In this document: piece by piece, positions 1 to 27,793 of the stretch
Numbering within the stretch: position 1 is the stretch's first letter
Layout: each line of letters starts with the position of its first letter
Notes under the pieces: generated by a model
What the model was told of the DNA's origin: nothing
Seen by the model: the letters and a program-made list of their open reading frames with translations, nothing else
The model's database searches: none
Translations under genes and position numbers: made by a program
Assembly: GCA_002269645.1 (NCBI GenBank)
Contig: NIVC01003616.1
Coordinates: forward strand, 23,490-87,489
Direction: 5' to 3'
Source of the DNA: Macrostomum lignano
Lineage: Eukaryota
Length of the DNA: 64,000 nt

Positions 1-1264
1 TAAGGCATTTGACCTTATTCAGAGTCATAGTTACTTTTGCTGTTTATCCAAAATTGTGGTAGGCCCTTATTTTTGCTCTAGGGTTTTTTTACAAGTAAGT
101 CACATTTTTGGTCACAAAGTAAGTTGCATGGCTAATGTAAATCAGGGGGGGGGTTGCATATGTATAGATACAGTGCTAGATCATTGAGGGCTTTGGAAGC
201 TAGATTTGAATGCTTCAAAGGCTAGATCTAGCCCTGGGGCTAGAGGTTGCTAATCTTTGCTCTACTACCTCATTTAGGATACTGTACTTTTGCTAAGAAA
301 ATTCTAGCATATAAAATTAGAAGCCTTCTTAGGCTTAAGACAATACTTTGTTGGTTGGCATATGGCATATGCAATATTGATAGTGCAATGTGTAATTGCA
401 TTTCAATAGTGCAACATAGTAATGTGGTATAGCACAATATTCAGTGTACTAATGTAGTGCAACAAAAAATGTATAAGCCTATTTAAATTAATAATTTGTT
501 ACCTGCTTTTCAAACGTATATTTTAAATTTTCTAAAATTTATTCTTTTTTTATATATGCATTACAATACTTTAATTTAAGAAAACATTAACAATCTTTGA
601 ATAAAGAACCATGACAGATGTCTCCTTTTCCTCATACTAGATACCTACCCCTGTATGCTATGCACTCTTTATACTCTCTCCTTAGTTATTAATATAAGTA
701 GTCTAACTAATAAAAATAACTGATTTAGTATAGTAATAAACAATATACAAAGGTATCATTGCAACTATAATATTTTCTACAAGCCTTATCATTGCAACTA
801 CTTTAGTAGTCTTATTTGCACAATTATTATTTTCAAAAATTATACTTACTTAGCAATTTTGATAGGCCTATCCTGGGTCTAACTTCAAGATAGGGGCCTA
901 CCAAATATAAACCTAAAATGCAATTAACATCAGTTGTAATGTAAAAATTTAAATAATATACAATTTTAAGTTATGTATTTAATTTTTATCTATATAAAAT
1001 AACTTTTGCTAATTTTTTACTGGTTTCCAACACCGAGTTGCAAATGGAAGTTTTTAGTTGCAGTTTTGGTTGTTGCATAAAGTAAAATTCAAGATCTGAA
1101 ACAGGATCCCAATTCAATTTTTTGACCCGACCTCTGGTGAAATTCTGATCACACAAAAAAGTTATACCCATCCAAGCTCTAAATTTGGTTTTTAAAACAC
1201 TTGCATGACAGACTTGCTGAACAGATAAGCAAAGTCAAGTGCCCCAGAGACAATACAAGGCAGA

Positions 1265-3764
1265 ATGCCGAAGCACAAGAAAAAGGACAGACAGTCATTG
1301 GCTGGTCGGCGCAGCTTGGCGCCTGGCCAAGGAGGCGACGCCGGTGGTGCAGCGGCGGGAGCTCCAGATCTCGACGACGAGGACACGGATGGGATGAGCG
1401 TGGCCAGCATTGCCGGCTCCGATGTGCCCGCGCAGGACGATGCGGCCGAGGGAGCCGATGCGGAAACTGTTGGCGATGAGGAACGACTCATCGATATGGT
1501 TGAGCGGCTGGGCGAGAAACGGGCTGAGTCCAGGATTAAAACTCTTACAGGTGCGACTGGCTGCCTGCCGCCTGCTCAGAGTGATGATGCTTCTAAATCC
1601 TCAGTAGCTGGGCCAGCCTCCCAGCTCTTCAGTTGTTGGACCAGCCTCCCAGATCCTCAGTTGCTTGGCCAGACTCCCAGAGTGTCAGTTGCTGTGCCAG
1701 CCTCCCAGATCCTCAGTTGCTGGGTCAGCCTCCCAGAGTGTCAGTTGCTGGGCCACCATCCTCCCAGATCCTCAGTTGCTAAGCCAGTCTCCCAGATCCT
1801 CAGTTGCTTGGCCAGCCTCCCAGATCCCCAGTTGCTTGGCCAGCCTCCCAGATCCCCAGTACACTACTGGTTGAACTCCGCCATCAACAGTCCTTATCCC
1901 CTACTCAACCCCTGCAGCCATGGTGTCGCTGCTCCGCTGCAGCGTGTTACACCTGCCGCCCACCTGGAGCCACCTGTTCACCCTCACCAGCGGCCTGGAG
2001 CGATGCGCCCGCAAAGGCCAAGGCATCGAACGGGTGCTGGCCATCGACGCATTCAGCCTGCTGTGCCTTCAGCTGGACGCCGACGAGCTGACCCAGGACA
2101 TGGCGGAGTTCAAGCAGCTGCTGTTGAACATTCTCACCGATAAGAGCGGCGCCGAGCTTCGCGTCCGAGCGGCCGCCTGCAGCGCCCTGGCTCTTGGCAC
2201 TTTTGTTAGCCCGCAGACTGACAGCGGCCGGTTAAGCGAGATGTTGGCCAATTTCGAAGCGATTTTCTCCGCTTCCGGTCATAAAGGCGACGGCAGTGTG
2301 CCAGTTCATTCTTCGGAAGTTTGCGACCTGCACGAGTCCGCTATTGACGCCTGGTGCCTGCTGTTCACCTTCGCCGGGCAGGACCTGGTGCGAGCGGCTC
2401 TGCAAAAGCAGATGCGTAAATTCACTGAGATTCTGGAGAGCGGCGATGTCGATTTGCGAATTCTGGCTGGTCAAGCCATCGCTCTTATCTATGAGGGCGC
2501 CTGGGACACTCAGGTTAGCTGGCACTCGCTTCCTTTGTCCCCCATTCGTGTCTTCCCTCCTCATGTCTTCCCCCTTCATGTCTTCCTCTGTTTCATGTCT
2601 TCTTCCCTTCCATGTCTTCCTCCCTTCCATGTCTTCCTCCCTTCCATGTCTTCCTCCCTTCATGTCTTCCTCCCTTCCATGTCTTCCCCCCTTCCATGTC
2701 TTCCTCCCTTCATGTCTTCCCCCTTCCATGTCTTCCTCCCTTCATGTCTTCCTCCCTTCCATGTCTTCCCCCCTTCCATGTCTTCCTCCCTTCCATGTCT
2801 TCCTCCCTTCATGTCTTCCTCCCTTCCATGTCTTCCTCCCTTCCATGTCTTCCTCCCTTCCATGTCTTCCTCCCTTCCATGTCTTCCTCCCTTCCATGTC
2901 TTCCTCCCTTCATGTCTTCCTCCCTTCCATGTCTTCCTCCCTTCCATGTCTTCCTCCCTTCCTTCCATGTCTTCCTCCCTTCATGTCTTCCTCCCTTCCA
3001 TGTCTTCCTCCCTTCATGTCTTCCTCCCTTCCATGTCTTCCTCCCTTCATGTCTTCCTCCCTTCCATGTCTTCCTCCCTTCCTTCCATGTCTTCCTCCCT
3101 TCCATGTCTTCCTCCCTTCCATGTCTTCCTCCCTTCCATGTCTTCCTGAATGTCTTCCTCCCTTCCATGTCTTCCTCCTTTCATGTCTTTCTCCCTTCAT
3201 CTCATTCACCCTTAATCTCTTGTTATTTTCACCACCTCTGCCGCACTGTTTCTGTCATTAAAAATCGCCTGTCTGTCAATTTAAATTCCCATTCAGGGCG
3301 AAGGGTTCCGGCCGCCGCGCCTGCCGGACCTCAAAGAGACAGTCCATCAGTTGTCAATCGACGGCGCCAAAAGTCGCGCCAAAGTTGACCGGCGCCGCCA
3401 GCGCGCCAATTTCCGGGACATATTCGCTTACATCACTACTGGCGAGTTCAGCAACCAGGAGGTGAAGCTCGGACAGTCTGGCGAGGTGCTCATTCTGGAC
3501 GACTGGACCGCGAAGATCCGGTATCATTTCTTTAGCCAAGTTCTGCAACAGGGCACCAACACTCATATGGAGCAGAATAGTTTTGTTCGCCAGGTGTTCG
3601 GTCTGGGGCCGCCAGTGCTCAAGGTACCCAGCGGCGGACCTGGCGGCGGCCGAATGTCGAAAACTGAGCGACGCTGCCTGCTGCAGGCGAATGAGAAATT
3701 TCTCAAACAGAATCGCAACGCCCAACGGACTAAGCGGCAATTGCGACTGAGCGAGAGCCAGTAG
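1265..3764 (+). CDS. IFRD1: Interferon-related developmental regulator (IFRD1/2 family), 3 exons
   Basis: Exons 1265-1550, 1918-2513, 3297-3764 with GT-AG junctions in phase 1 then 0. Motifs LERCARKGQG, LRILAGQAIALIYE and LSIDGAKSRAKVDRRRQRANFRDI match the IFRD and IFRD_C domains. Paralogue (1 vs 2) is not resolvable. Confidence 0.92.
1598..1860 (+). repeat. 28-bp minisatellite (CAGTTGCTGGGCCAGCCTCCCAGATCCT) in IFRD intron 1
   Basis: About 9 degenerate units; same family as 32740-33362 and 34335-35118. Confidence 0.9.
2545..3190 (+). repeat. 17-bp pyrimidine-rich minisatellite (CATGTCTTCCTCCCTTC) in IFRD intron 2
   Basis: Tandem units read directly. Confidence 0.95.
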
Positions 3765-6022
3765 TAGTGGCTTGAACTAATTAACCTGGCTATTGGTAAT
3801 TTTATTTGGTTTTACTAAAACATTATTCTCCATTTTATTAGCTTCCCAACCTCTGCTGACGGCCTTTCCGTTAATTTAATAAATAGTCTAATCTTTGTTT
3901 GCAACTCTGCCGAGACTCATTCGACCATATTAGTTAATTAGGATAGAACTGTCAGCTTGAAATTTGTTCGCTTATTCTACTACTGTCTTCAGCAAGTAGC
4001 ATGATAAGAATGCGTACTGTATTAAAATTATTATTATATCCAGTGCCCTAACTATTTATTTTTCAAGTCTTGAACAGAAAGCTTTTGTCTGCAATTTTTC
4101 GAACAGACATAATTAATCGTTAATCGAGGCTTGATAATTTCTCAAATATTTAATTTTGTTTTGCTGTTGTGCGCTGCCGGCAGGATTCAAGCGATTTAAT
4201 GAAATAAATTATTGCACTGTCATTCTGTCTAAAGAAACTACTTTGATAGCGGGGGATCGTAAAGAACTGTAAGTTTAAACTAGACAATGCAGTAAATATT
4301 TGTTATTTTGTTATCAAGTGTTATGATTGATTTTTATTAAAGTACATTGCAAACAGAAGAGAATTTATTGGTAAATAAAGTTAGTCGTTTTAGTAGTAAA
4401 CAAAGAAGAGAAAAAGCATAATAAAAGTAGTTATAACGTAAATATAAAATATTTTATTAAGCATTTTAATACGGAATTTCGCGTGCAATGCATGTGACAA
4501 GCCAGAAAAATGAACAAAAAAATATGTTACGCGGGTATTTTGGACGAACAGAAATTTAAATGGTACCGTAGTAATCAGTAAATTTTCAAGTGCCGGACAA
4601 TTACAGGTGCACAGTTACAGAAGCCAAAATGAAACACTATGTCAACAGCAATATAGCAAAATTATGCATATGATTATATTATTAAAGTTTTTATATTAAT
4701 ATTAAAGTTTTTTTGCTTGACAACAGAAAACGCGAATGGACAAGCAAAGCAAAGCAGTGTCGGAGGTAGCTCTTCCATATCGGTGAAAGGAGAGAAACTG
4801 AGCTTAGAAATATGCAATAATGCATACGAATAATCTAGATATGATTGCTTTGCAAACTAATAAATCTGTGTGTTGATAGCCAGTTAATATAAAATAGTAA
4901 ACTAAGTAAACACCTATAAGATATTATTATCACAGACAACATACGCGTTTGCTAAATAAAGAATGTTTCATAAAAACCTGTCATCAAAGGACAAAAAAGT
5001 GCCGATAGGCAAGGTGTAAAAATATGATTATTAGAACATCAAAAAATAATATGCGCGCATTAGAAGAAATGTGATCCGACAGAGGAGATTGTACTACAAA
5101 TATGAGTAGATATGAAATTATGGAAACTGTATTCGAATAGACTAGATGTATTTTAAAAGCTGCTCGATGGATTGATACGATCCATCTACTCGTACTGATC
5201 AGGAATTCTTCTATCCTGAAAGCTCAACTCCTAGCTGGGCTAAAAGTGGGAAAACAATTCCCGAATTCGAAGACTTCCTGGCCAGCAAACAACTGCCCCC
5301 CCCCCCCTATAAAAACAGAATCGTAAAACTGCACTAAAAACAGACTTATAGCGGAAAATTTTCGTGACTGAATAAAATGCTAGACATTTTAACAACAAAG
5401 CCTCCTCATCGAAATCGTTAACAAGAATTGGAATTCAATGGAATAAGCGAAAATAAACTATAAAGTAAAACAAAACTCGAATGTGTGATTGCAATTGAAG
5501 CTCAAGCAAAAGACAAATATTATAATAATGTTGACTCGCATCGATGCTAAAGGGAATAAAGTTAAAACATTAAAATAAATAAACAAAACAAGCAAAACAT
5601 TAATAAACAATTGTTTAACCAAGTGCTTTTCTATAAAAATTCAGTTTCAGATTTTTATACATAACTTATAGATGTAAAAGTGGCAGACAGAGGAAATCAA
5701 AGTGAAAATTTAGGAATATATAATTAGATAATGCGATGCTTATTAATAATTAATTGACAGCGAGCATGTGTAAACTGAATCAATAATCCCCTCAGTTACA
5801 ATATACATATAACTTAAAAACTATATTTCTTAATCATTGGTAAACTAGAAAAGTAAAACCTCTGTATCTCTTGTAGTTGCTAAGGATAATAATTATATTA
5901 TAATTATGAGCCAAATAAACTAATATAGTGAAGTTTTTGCTTTTATAGCCGAATTAAAATGATTCAACCAACATTGCCATGCAGATAGGCTGTTTCTCAG
6001 TGCCATTGCCGCTGCCATACTA

Positions 6023-20669
<14,647 letters not shown>

Positions 20670-21987
20670 TTTAGAGAACAATATTTGGCTGAGAAGTGAT
20701 CCAGATGCTGAAAAACTAGTTTGAATTAATTTTTAAAACTCTCTAATTGCTAATTATCTCAAAACAAACTGAATAGGAATGTTTATTGCACAATATATTT
20801 GGAGAAATGGAATACTGTCAACAAGATGCAAATTTCTGAATGCGCAAATTGAAGCTGCAATTCATAATAATATTTTTAATTAGCTCGTGTTATCTTAGTT
20901 TCTCTTACAAGCAATCTAGTGATCAAGAAAAAATTATTAAATGAATTATGCAGCAAGACGAAACATATTAATGCAAAAATAATGCTTAAATACATAACAT
21001 TTGTTATAAATAATAATGTTTAAATTGGGAAAGTGCCAGAGTCGCGAGCTGCGACTCTTCCACAATCTATTTCTGACATATAATTACTTTCAGTGCATGA
21101 CTTTTCCAGGGTACAGTCTATCGTATCAGTCGTATCGTAATTTTATCGTAACTAAACCTATTATTAAACTAGGCCTACTAGTCCTAGGCTTCAGCATCTG
21201 TTTAAGACCATGGCACTATCTCTAGACTCTAGCTAGGCGGCTAGGCCTAGCTTAGTTTCTAGAGTTATAGGCTAGGCTAGCAGGCCTACCTTAAGTTGGA
21301 CCTGATGAATTTTTATTGAGTAAAATTGTAGAATTTAGCATTGTAGGCATGTACATTGTAGCATTCTAGTGGGCCTAGGACTAGGTATTGTACGCCCTAA
21401 TCATCCTAGATTCCTCATTCCTAAGCCCATAGCCTATGGCCCTAGGCCTGGCGCCTAGGCCTATGCTATGCAATTGTCAAGTGTAGGCCCTAGTGACTAT
21501 ATATATAGTATATATCATATGTATATACTAGGATTAGGATATAGTGCAATATAATAAGATAGTATAAGATTAGATAAGTCTATGGTGCAAGAAAAAGAAC
21601 ATCTAATACAAATACAAATTACAATAGGGTTTTAATAATTAAACCTTGTTTAAAAAAGGCTTTTAACTAGACTTAGAGTTGTCTTCAATAAATATAGTTA
21701 AGGAATTTAGTAAAGGTCTTAAAACTTATCAATTATACATATATAAAAGATGAAATTTAGAAAAAAATTAGTATATGGATATTGTAACAACTAAATAATA
21801 AACTAGAAAAGAAAAAAACTTTGTTTTTGTTCCTAAAATTTTTTTACATTATATTGATTTGGCTTGTCATTGGGATAATAGCAAACTATAATCTTTTTCA
21901 TAAAAAAGTTTTTTTAACTGTGTCAAAATAGGTACATTAGTAAATTTTAGAAAAAATGGTAAGTTCCAACATTGGCATAGTCATTGT

Positions 21988-22284
21988 CATACATGCGCAA
22001 CCTCCAAAATTCGGTCGGCCATGCGACTTAGTTTTAACAAAAATGCGACGTAGTTTTTGGCCAAAAATGCGACTTAGATGTAAAAAACCCTAAAGCAAAA
22101 TTAACGCAACTTTGGGTAAACGGTAGGAGTAACTATGACTGTATTATTAGGTCAAAATGCCTCGTCAGCTACTTAGTACTACTACTTGGTTATTTTTTCG
22201 GGTGGGCATTTTTGCGACTTCCTTGGTTGGCCGCCAAATCGGTCGGCCGGACCGGCCGACTCGGCCGACTGTTGCGCATGTATG
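21988..22284. mobile_element. 297-bp hAT-type MITE
   Basis: Perfect 14-bp TIRs CATACATGCGCAAC (21988-22001) and GTTGCGCATGTATG (22271-22284). Exact 8-bp TSD GTCATTGT at 21980-21987 and 22285-22292. 8-bp TSDs are typical of hAT (also P/Merlin). Confidence 0.88.
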
Positions 22285-22929
22285 GTCATTGTAAAATACA
22301 AATTCAAAGTAAATTCTTTAAATTGAAATCAGGCATATGACAGCTTCAAGTAAAAAAGGACCATGCTTAAGGATCTAATGGCTAGGCTATCTGTTAAGAT
22401 TCAAACATTACACACAATATATAGGCTACAACAATTTAAGATCATTAACCTATTAGTGCAAGGCTCAGCCCCTGGCCCCCCTGCCATTTACCTCAATGGC
22501 CAGATAGAGAACCTAGCACATGATTTTAAACCAGAGAAGAGGAGAGATTGGAGAGAAGAGAGATTGAAGAAAGGAGTTAAGGGAATAATGGAGAAGAAAG
22601 GAGACAAGAGGATAGATGAAATCAAAGAAGGCAGAAGAGCAAAGAGATAGGAGAGAAGAGATAATAAAGGAAAAGATATAAGAGAGGAGATAAGAAATTA
22701 GAGAAAAGATTGCTTTTGTGGAATTTCAAAGGACCCGAGGGCCAGATGGAGTCTCACCGACCTGAGCTTGCCAACCCCAAGTGTTATTAGATGCATTATT
22801 CCCTTACCTGAGCTTTGATTGTTTGCAAAAAATGACTCAAATAAATTTCATTTGGTTCAGGATTTGTTGATATGCTCTATTTTTTAGCCAACTTATTTTT
22901 TTTTCATGCATGCAGCACAGCCGACAGTC

Positions 22930-25900
22930 ATGACTTCGAGACCAATTGTTACAGTGCAAGCTGCTAAAGAAGGCGAAAAATCTGGCGCCTCACTGGCTCT
23001 GCCATCAGTGTTTCGCGCTCCAATTAGGCCAGACATTCTCAACTTTGTGCACGATCAGATGCGCAAGAACACTCGCCAGCCGTACGCTGTGCACGTCAAG
23101 GCTGGGCATCAGGTACGAACTTTTACCTGTATCTAGGAGATGTTTACTAATCCGTGTCTGTCTGTGATAAGGTAATGGGTCAGTTGAATGTGCTTTCTTT
23201 CTGGCTGGGAGAATTTTAGCAGTGAACTTTCTTTCTAGATGCTAGTACTGATGACAGTGCATTAAAATCAAAGTTAGGCATGCCATTTGATGCAAATACT
23301 TCAAGTTTTTAGTCCATGGCTTAGTGGCATGATAGATGGGGTTACAAATAGTAACATAAATAAATAGGTTTACATAATAGATGACGTAGATAATTGATGC
23401 ATACATGATAGATGAGGTAGATAATTGATGCATACATGATAGATTGATAGTTAAAGTAGATAATTGATGCATACATGGTAGATTGATAGATAAAGTAGAT
23501 AATTGATGCACACATGATAAATGAGGTAGATAATTGATGCACACATGATAGATGAGGTAGATAATTGATGCACACATGATAGATGAGGTAGATAATTGAT
23601 GCACACATGATAGATGAGGTAGATAATTGATGCACACATGATAGAATGAGGTAGATAATTGATGCACACATGATAGATGAGGTAGATAATTGATGCACAC
23701 ATGATAAATGAGGTAGATAATTGATGCACACATGATAGATGAGGTAGATAATTGATGCATACATGATAGATGAGGTAGATAATTGATGCACACATGATAG
23801 ATGAGGTAGATAATTGATGCACACATGATAGATGAGGTAGATAATTGATGCACACATGATAGATGAGGTAGATAATTGATGCACACATGATAAATGAGGT
23901 AGATAATTGATGCATACATGATAAATGAGGTAGATAATTGATGCATACATGATAAATGAGGTAGATGATTGATACTCTGAGTCTGAAACTGTTCATAAAA
24001 ATTGGACATCTGTGGAGATGCCACATGGCATTCGCGTAGATCACCGGCACCCAAAGAATCCCAGCTATGCACCATGACTCACCGACTGACAATCGCACGC
24101 TCACTCCCACGCACACTGCCGCAGGTGTCCGCCGAGTCCTGGGGCACCGGCCGGGCAGTGGCTCGTATTCCGCGCGTCCGCGGCGGCGGCACCAGCCGCT
24201 CAGGTCAGGGCGCCTTCGGCAACATGTGCCGCGGCGGTCGGATGTTCGCGCCAACTAAGACTTGGCGAAAGTGGCACCGGCGGATCAATGTTCAGCAGCG
24301 TCGGTTTGCTGTGGCATCAGCCATTGCTGCCACTGGTGTTACTAGTCTGGTGATGGCGAGAGGTGAGTCGACCTGGTTGCAGACCGTTCTAAGAGATTCT
24401 CATTAAGTAAAATATTAGAGGCTAGGGTTGTTAGGGTCTAGTTAGTTAGGGGCAGGGGGGCTGTGAGAAGACATTGCCACGTTCATTACTGCCTATTCCG
24501 CCGACTCCCCTAAACAGGCAGTCATTCGCATTGGCCAATACTCGCACAGGAGTGTACAGCGGCCCTAACTTTATTTAGTGTTAATTACACGAGCAGAGCC
24601 AAGCTGAGATCCCAATTTAGACTCGAATTAATATGACTGCACTTGTAGTCGAGCCTGGGCCACTGGCACATAACAGCAGTTTAGAGGTTTGAGTTCAGCT
24701 ATTAGGGTAGTTTTAAGATCATCTAAAACAGTTTTGAGCTAATATTAAGGTAGTTTTGATGCCCAGTTATTAGGATAGTTTTGAGGTCAGTTGCCAGGGT
24801 AGTTTTAAGGTCAGTTGTTAGGGTAGTTTTGAGGTCAGTTGTTAGGGTAGTTTTAAGGTCAGTTGTTAGGGTAGTTTTGAGGTCAGTTGTTAGGGTAGTT
24901 TTGAAGTCAGTTGTTAGGGCAGTTTTGAGGTCAGTTGTTAGGGAATTTTTGAAGTCAGTTGTTAGAGCAGTTTTGAGGTCAGTTATTGGGGTAGTTTTGA
25001 GGTCAGTTGTTAGGGTAGTTTTGAGATCAGTTGTTAGGGCAGTTTTGAGCTCAGTTGTTGGGGTAGTTTTGAGGTCAGTTGTTAGGGTAGTTTTGAGGTC
25101 AGTTGTTAGGGCATTTTTGAGCTCAGTTGTTGGGGTAGTTTTGAGGTCAGTTGTTAGGGTAGTTTTGAGGTCAGTTGTTAGGGCATTTTTGAGCTCAGTT
25201 GTTAGGGTAGTTTTGAGGTCAGTTGTAGGGTAGTTTTAAGATCAGTTTTAAGGGCAGTTTTGAGGTGGTCAGTTAGGTAGTTTTGAGCTCAGTTAGAGTC
25301 ATATTTTGTGCTAAGGTGTCGGTAGACCTTTAGCCGCAGCTCCCCTCCCCGGCCGGCAGGTCATCGCATCGAGAAGATCAGCGAGGTGCCCCTAGTAGTG
25401 AGCGACTCGGTCCAGGACCTGAAGAAGACTAAGGAGGCCGTCGCATTTCTAAAGCGCGTGAAGGCCTGGCCTGACATTCAGAAAGTGTACGCCAGCCAGC
25501 GCTTCCGAGCCGGCAGAGGTAAAATGCGCAATCGAGCTCGGATTCAGAAGCGCGGTCCGCTAGTGATCTATGCCAAGGACAATGGACTCTGTCGGGCGTT
25601 TCGCAACATCCCCGGCGTCACTTTGATCTGCGTTAGCCGGTTAAACCTGTTGAAACTGGCCCCTGGCGGTCACCTGGGCCGATTTGTGATCTGGTCTGAG
25701 TCGGCCTTCCGTCAGTTGGATCAGATCTACGCCAAGTCTAAATTGCCGGACAATAAGATGGCTAGCACAGATCTGACTGGTATTCTGCGCTCGGACGAGG
25801 TTAAAGCCGCTGTCAGGCCTAGGCAGGCTCGGCAAGCTCGGGCTGTGCTCAAAAAGAATCCTTTGAAGAATGTGAACGTTATGGCTAAGTTGAATCCCTA

Positions 25901-26671
25901 CGCGCTGGTGTTAAAAAGGAAGGCTATTCTGGCTCAGCGGAAAGCTCTGGCTAAGAAGCGAAAGGTGAGATTGAGATATCATTATGGTATTTTATTATTC
26001 TCTGGGCATTTTTAAGGCAATTATCAGGTGGCTTCATAGGCGATTCTCAGGTAGTTTCAGGGGCGATTCACAAATAGTTTCATAGGCGATCCTCAGGTAG
26101 TTTCAGAGGCGATTCTCGGGTAGTTTCAGAGGCGAATGCGATTCTCAGGTAGTTTCAGAGGCGAATGCGATTCTCAGGTAGTTTCAGAAGTGATTCTCAG
26201 ATAGTTTCAGAAGTGATTGTCAGGTAGTTTCAGAAGTGATTCTCAGGTAGTTTCAGAGGCGATTCTCAGGTAGTTTCAGAGGCGATTCTCAGGTAGTTTC
26301 AGAGGCAATTCTCAGGTAGTTTCAGAAGTGATTCTCAGATAGTTTCAGAAGTGATTCTCAGGTAGTTTCAGAAGTGATTCTCAGGTAGTTTCAGAAGTGA
26401 TTCTCAGGTACTTTCAGAGGCGATTCTCAGGTAGTTTCAGAGGCGATTCTCAGGTAGTTTCAGAGGCGATTCTCAGGTAGTTTCAGAAGTGATTCTCAGG
26501 TAGTTGCCACGCATTTTTGTATTTTACTATGCACACAGTAATATTACATTACTCTATTGTAAACTTCAGGCGGACGCACCGGCCAGCAGCCAGAAGCAGC
26601 AGCAGAAAAAGCAGCCGGCAGCAAAGAAAGCCAAGCAAGCTGCTGTCAAAGGCAAAGCTGTCAAGAAGTGA
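22930..26671 (+). CDS. RPL4: 60S ribosomal protein L4 (uL4), 4 coding exons, 375 aa
   Basis: Exons 22930-23112, 24125-24362, 25360-25964, 26570-26671; phases 0/1/0 join. Motifs [44 protein letters not shown] and [15 protein letters not shown]. Confidence 0.97.
23380..23975. repeat. 31-bp minisatellite (GATAGATGAGGTAGATAATTGATGCACACAT) in RPL4 intron 1
   Basis: Tandem units read directly. Confidence 0.95.
24461..24673 (+). ncRNA. Candidate intronic structured RNA (possible H/ACA snoRNA) in RPL4 intron 2
   Basis: Long imperfect hairpin (ACTGCCT/AGGCAGT core), ACAGGA (ANANNA) box, further hairpins, and ACA followed by 3 nt. Folded by eye only. Confidence 0.25.
24700..25290. repeat. 24-bp minisatellite (GGGTAGTTTTGAGGTCAGTTGTTA) in RPL4 intron 2
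   Basis: Tandem units read directly. Confidence 0.95.
26040..26503. repeat. 23-bp minisatellite (GATTCTCAGGTAGTTTCAGAGGC) in RPL4 intron 3
   Basis: Tandem units read directly. Confidence 0.95.
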
Positions 26672-27529
26672 AATTTGCCCTGCAGTTTATCAGTAACTCT
26701 CATCGGATCTGAGCAGTGAATTTTGGACTTCCAAAATGAATTATAGCTGGTCGCAATAATTAAAGGAATTTGTGGAGAGCCAAGCTTCTTAAATAAGCTC
26801 TTAAGTGTTGGATTGAAAATTTTTGGCTTTATCATTGTTTCTTATTGAGTTTTTTTCATTGCTGAAAACTTAAAAAAGCAAGAATTCAAAGTTGAATAAT
26901 TATGTTAGACAACATTAAAATAAAAAAGCTTCATTATTTAGCTGAATTATTATAATTATATTTATGCATAGTCCAGCATCAACAACAATTCATAAATTTT
27001 ACAAAATTGCAGCATTGAATAAATCCGATTGGTGCGGAAATTGCACATTGCAGCATACAACAGTTCTTCATAAGTATATCATATAATCCGCATATACTAC
27101 TCAGGCTATTTGTAAGCGAGGCGTGCCATAATTGCACAGTTTTATTTGCTGCAAAAATGGCAAAGCGTGACTAGACTATGCACTAACAAAATCATATTTG
27201 CTCAGATTTCTTTGTAATTAAGCTTGAAAAGCTGACAGATGGCAGAAGAGGGGTTTAATAGTAGCTACGTCTTATAAATATACAGATAATCGAAGCAAGA
27301 CAAGCATCCAAGTGTCTATAATAGCGGCTGAATACTTTGATTAAATGATTGTTAAACTTGCTAATTTACAATAGCGACATAACAACGATAAACGAAAATT
27401 TAATTTAAATGACTATACTATACTGATCGATTAGATTTAAATACAAAAAAACGAATAAGCTATTAAGTCCAATGCGTAATCTGAATAGCGGTAATGAAGA
27501 CTGCTCACACGTGCAATGATGGCAAGTCA

Positions 27530-27732
27530 GTCACTGAATGATAGGGGTGGCAGGTCACTGCAGGACAGGGGTGGCAGGTCACTGCAGGACAGGGGGTGGT
27601 AGGTCACTGAAGGACAGGGGGTGGCAGGTCACTGAAGGACAGGGGGTGGCAGGTCACTGAAGGACAGGGGTGGCAGGTCACTGAAGGACAGGGGGTGGCA
27701 GGTCACTGAAGGACAGGGGGTGGCAGGTCACA
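27530..27732. repeat. 25-bp G-rich minisatellite (GTCACTGAAGGACAGGGGGTGGCAG) just downstream of the WDR37 stop
   Basis: About 8 units. Confidence 0.9.
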
Positions 27733-27793
27733 ATTGTTTCAAAAGCTACAAAGCTCGGCAGTGGCGAAAGCTGCATCGCCGATACATCGGCGC

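Noticed and set aside
23113-24124. C/D snoRNA in RPL4 intron 1 (CTGATGA at about 23248)
   Set aside because: The nearest CTGA D box is about 700 nt away beyond the array; no terminal stem or rRNA guide was recognised.
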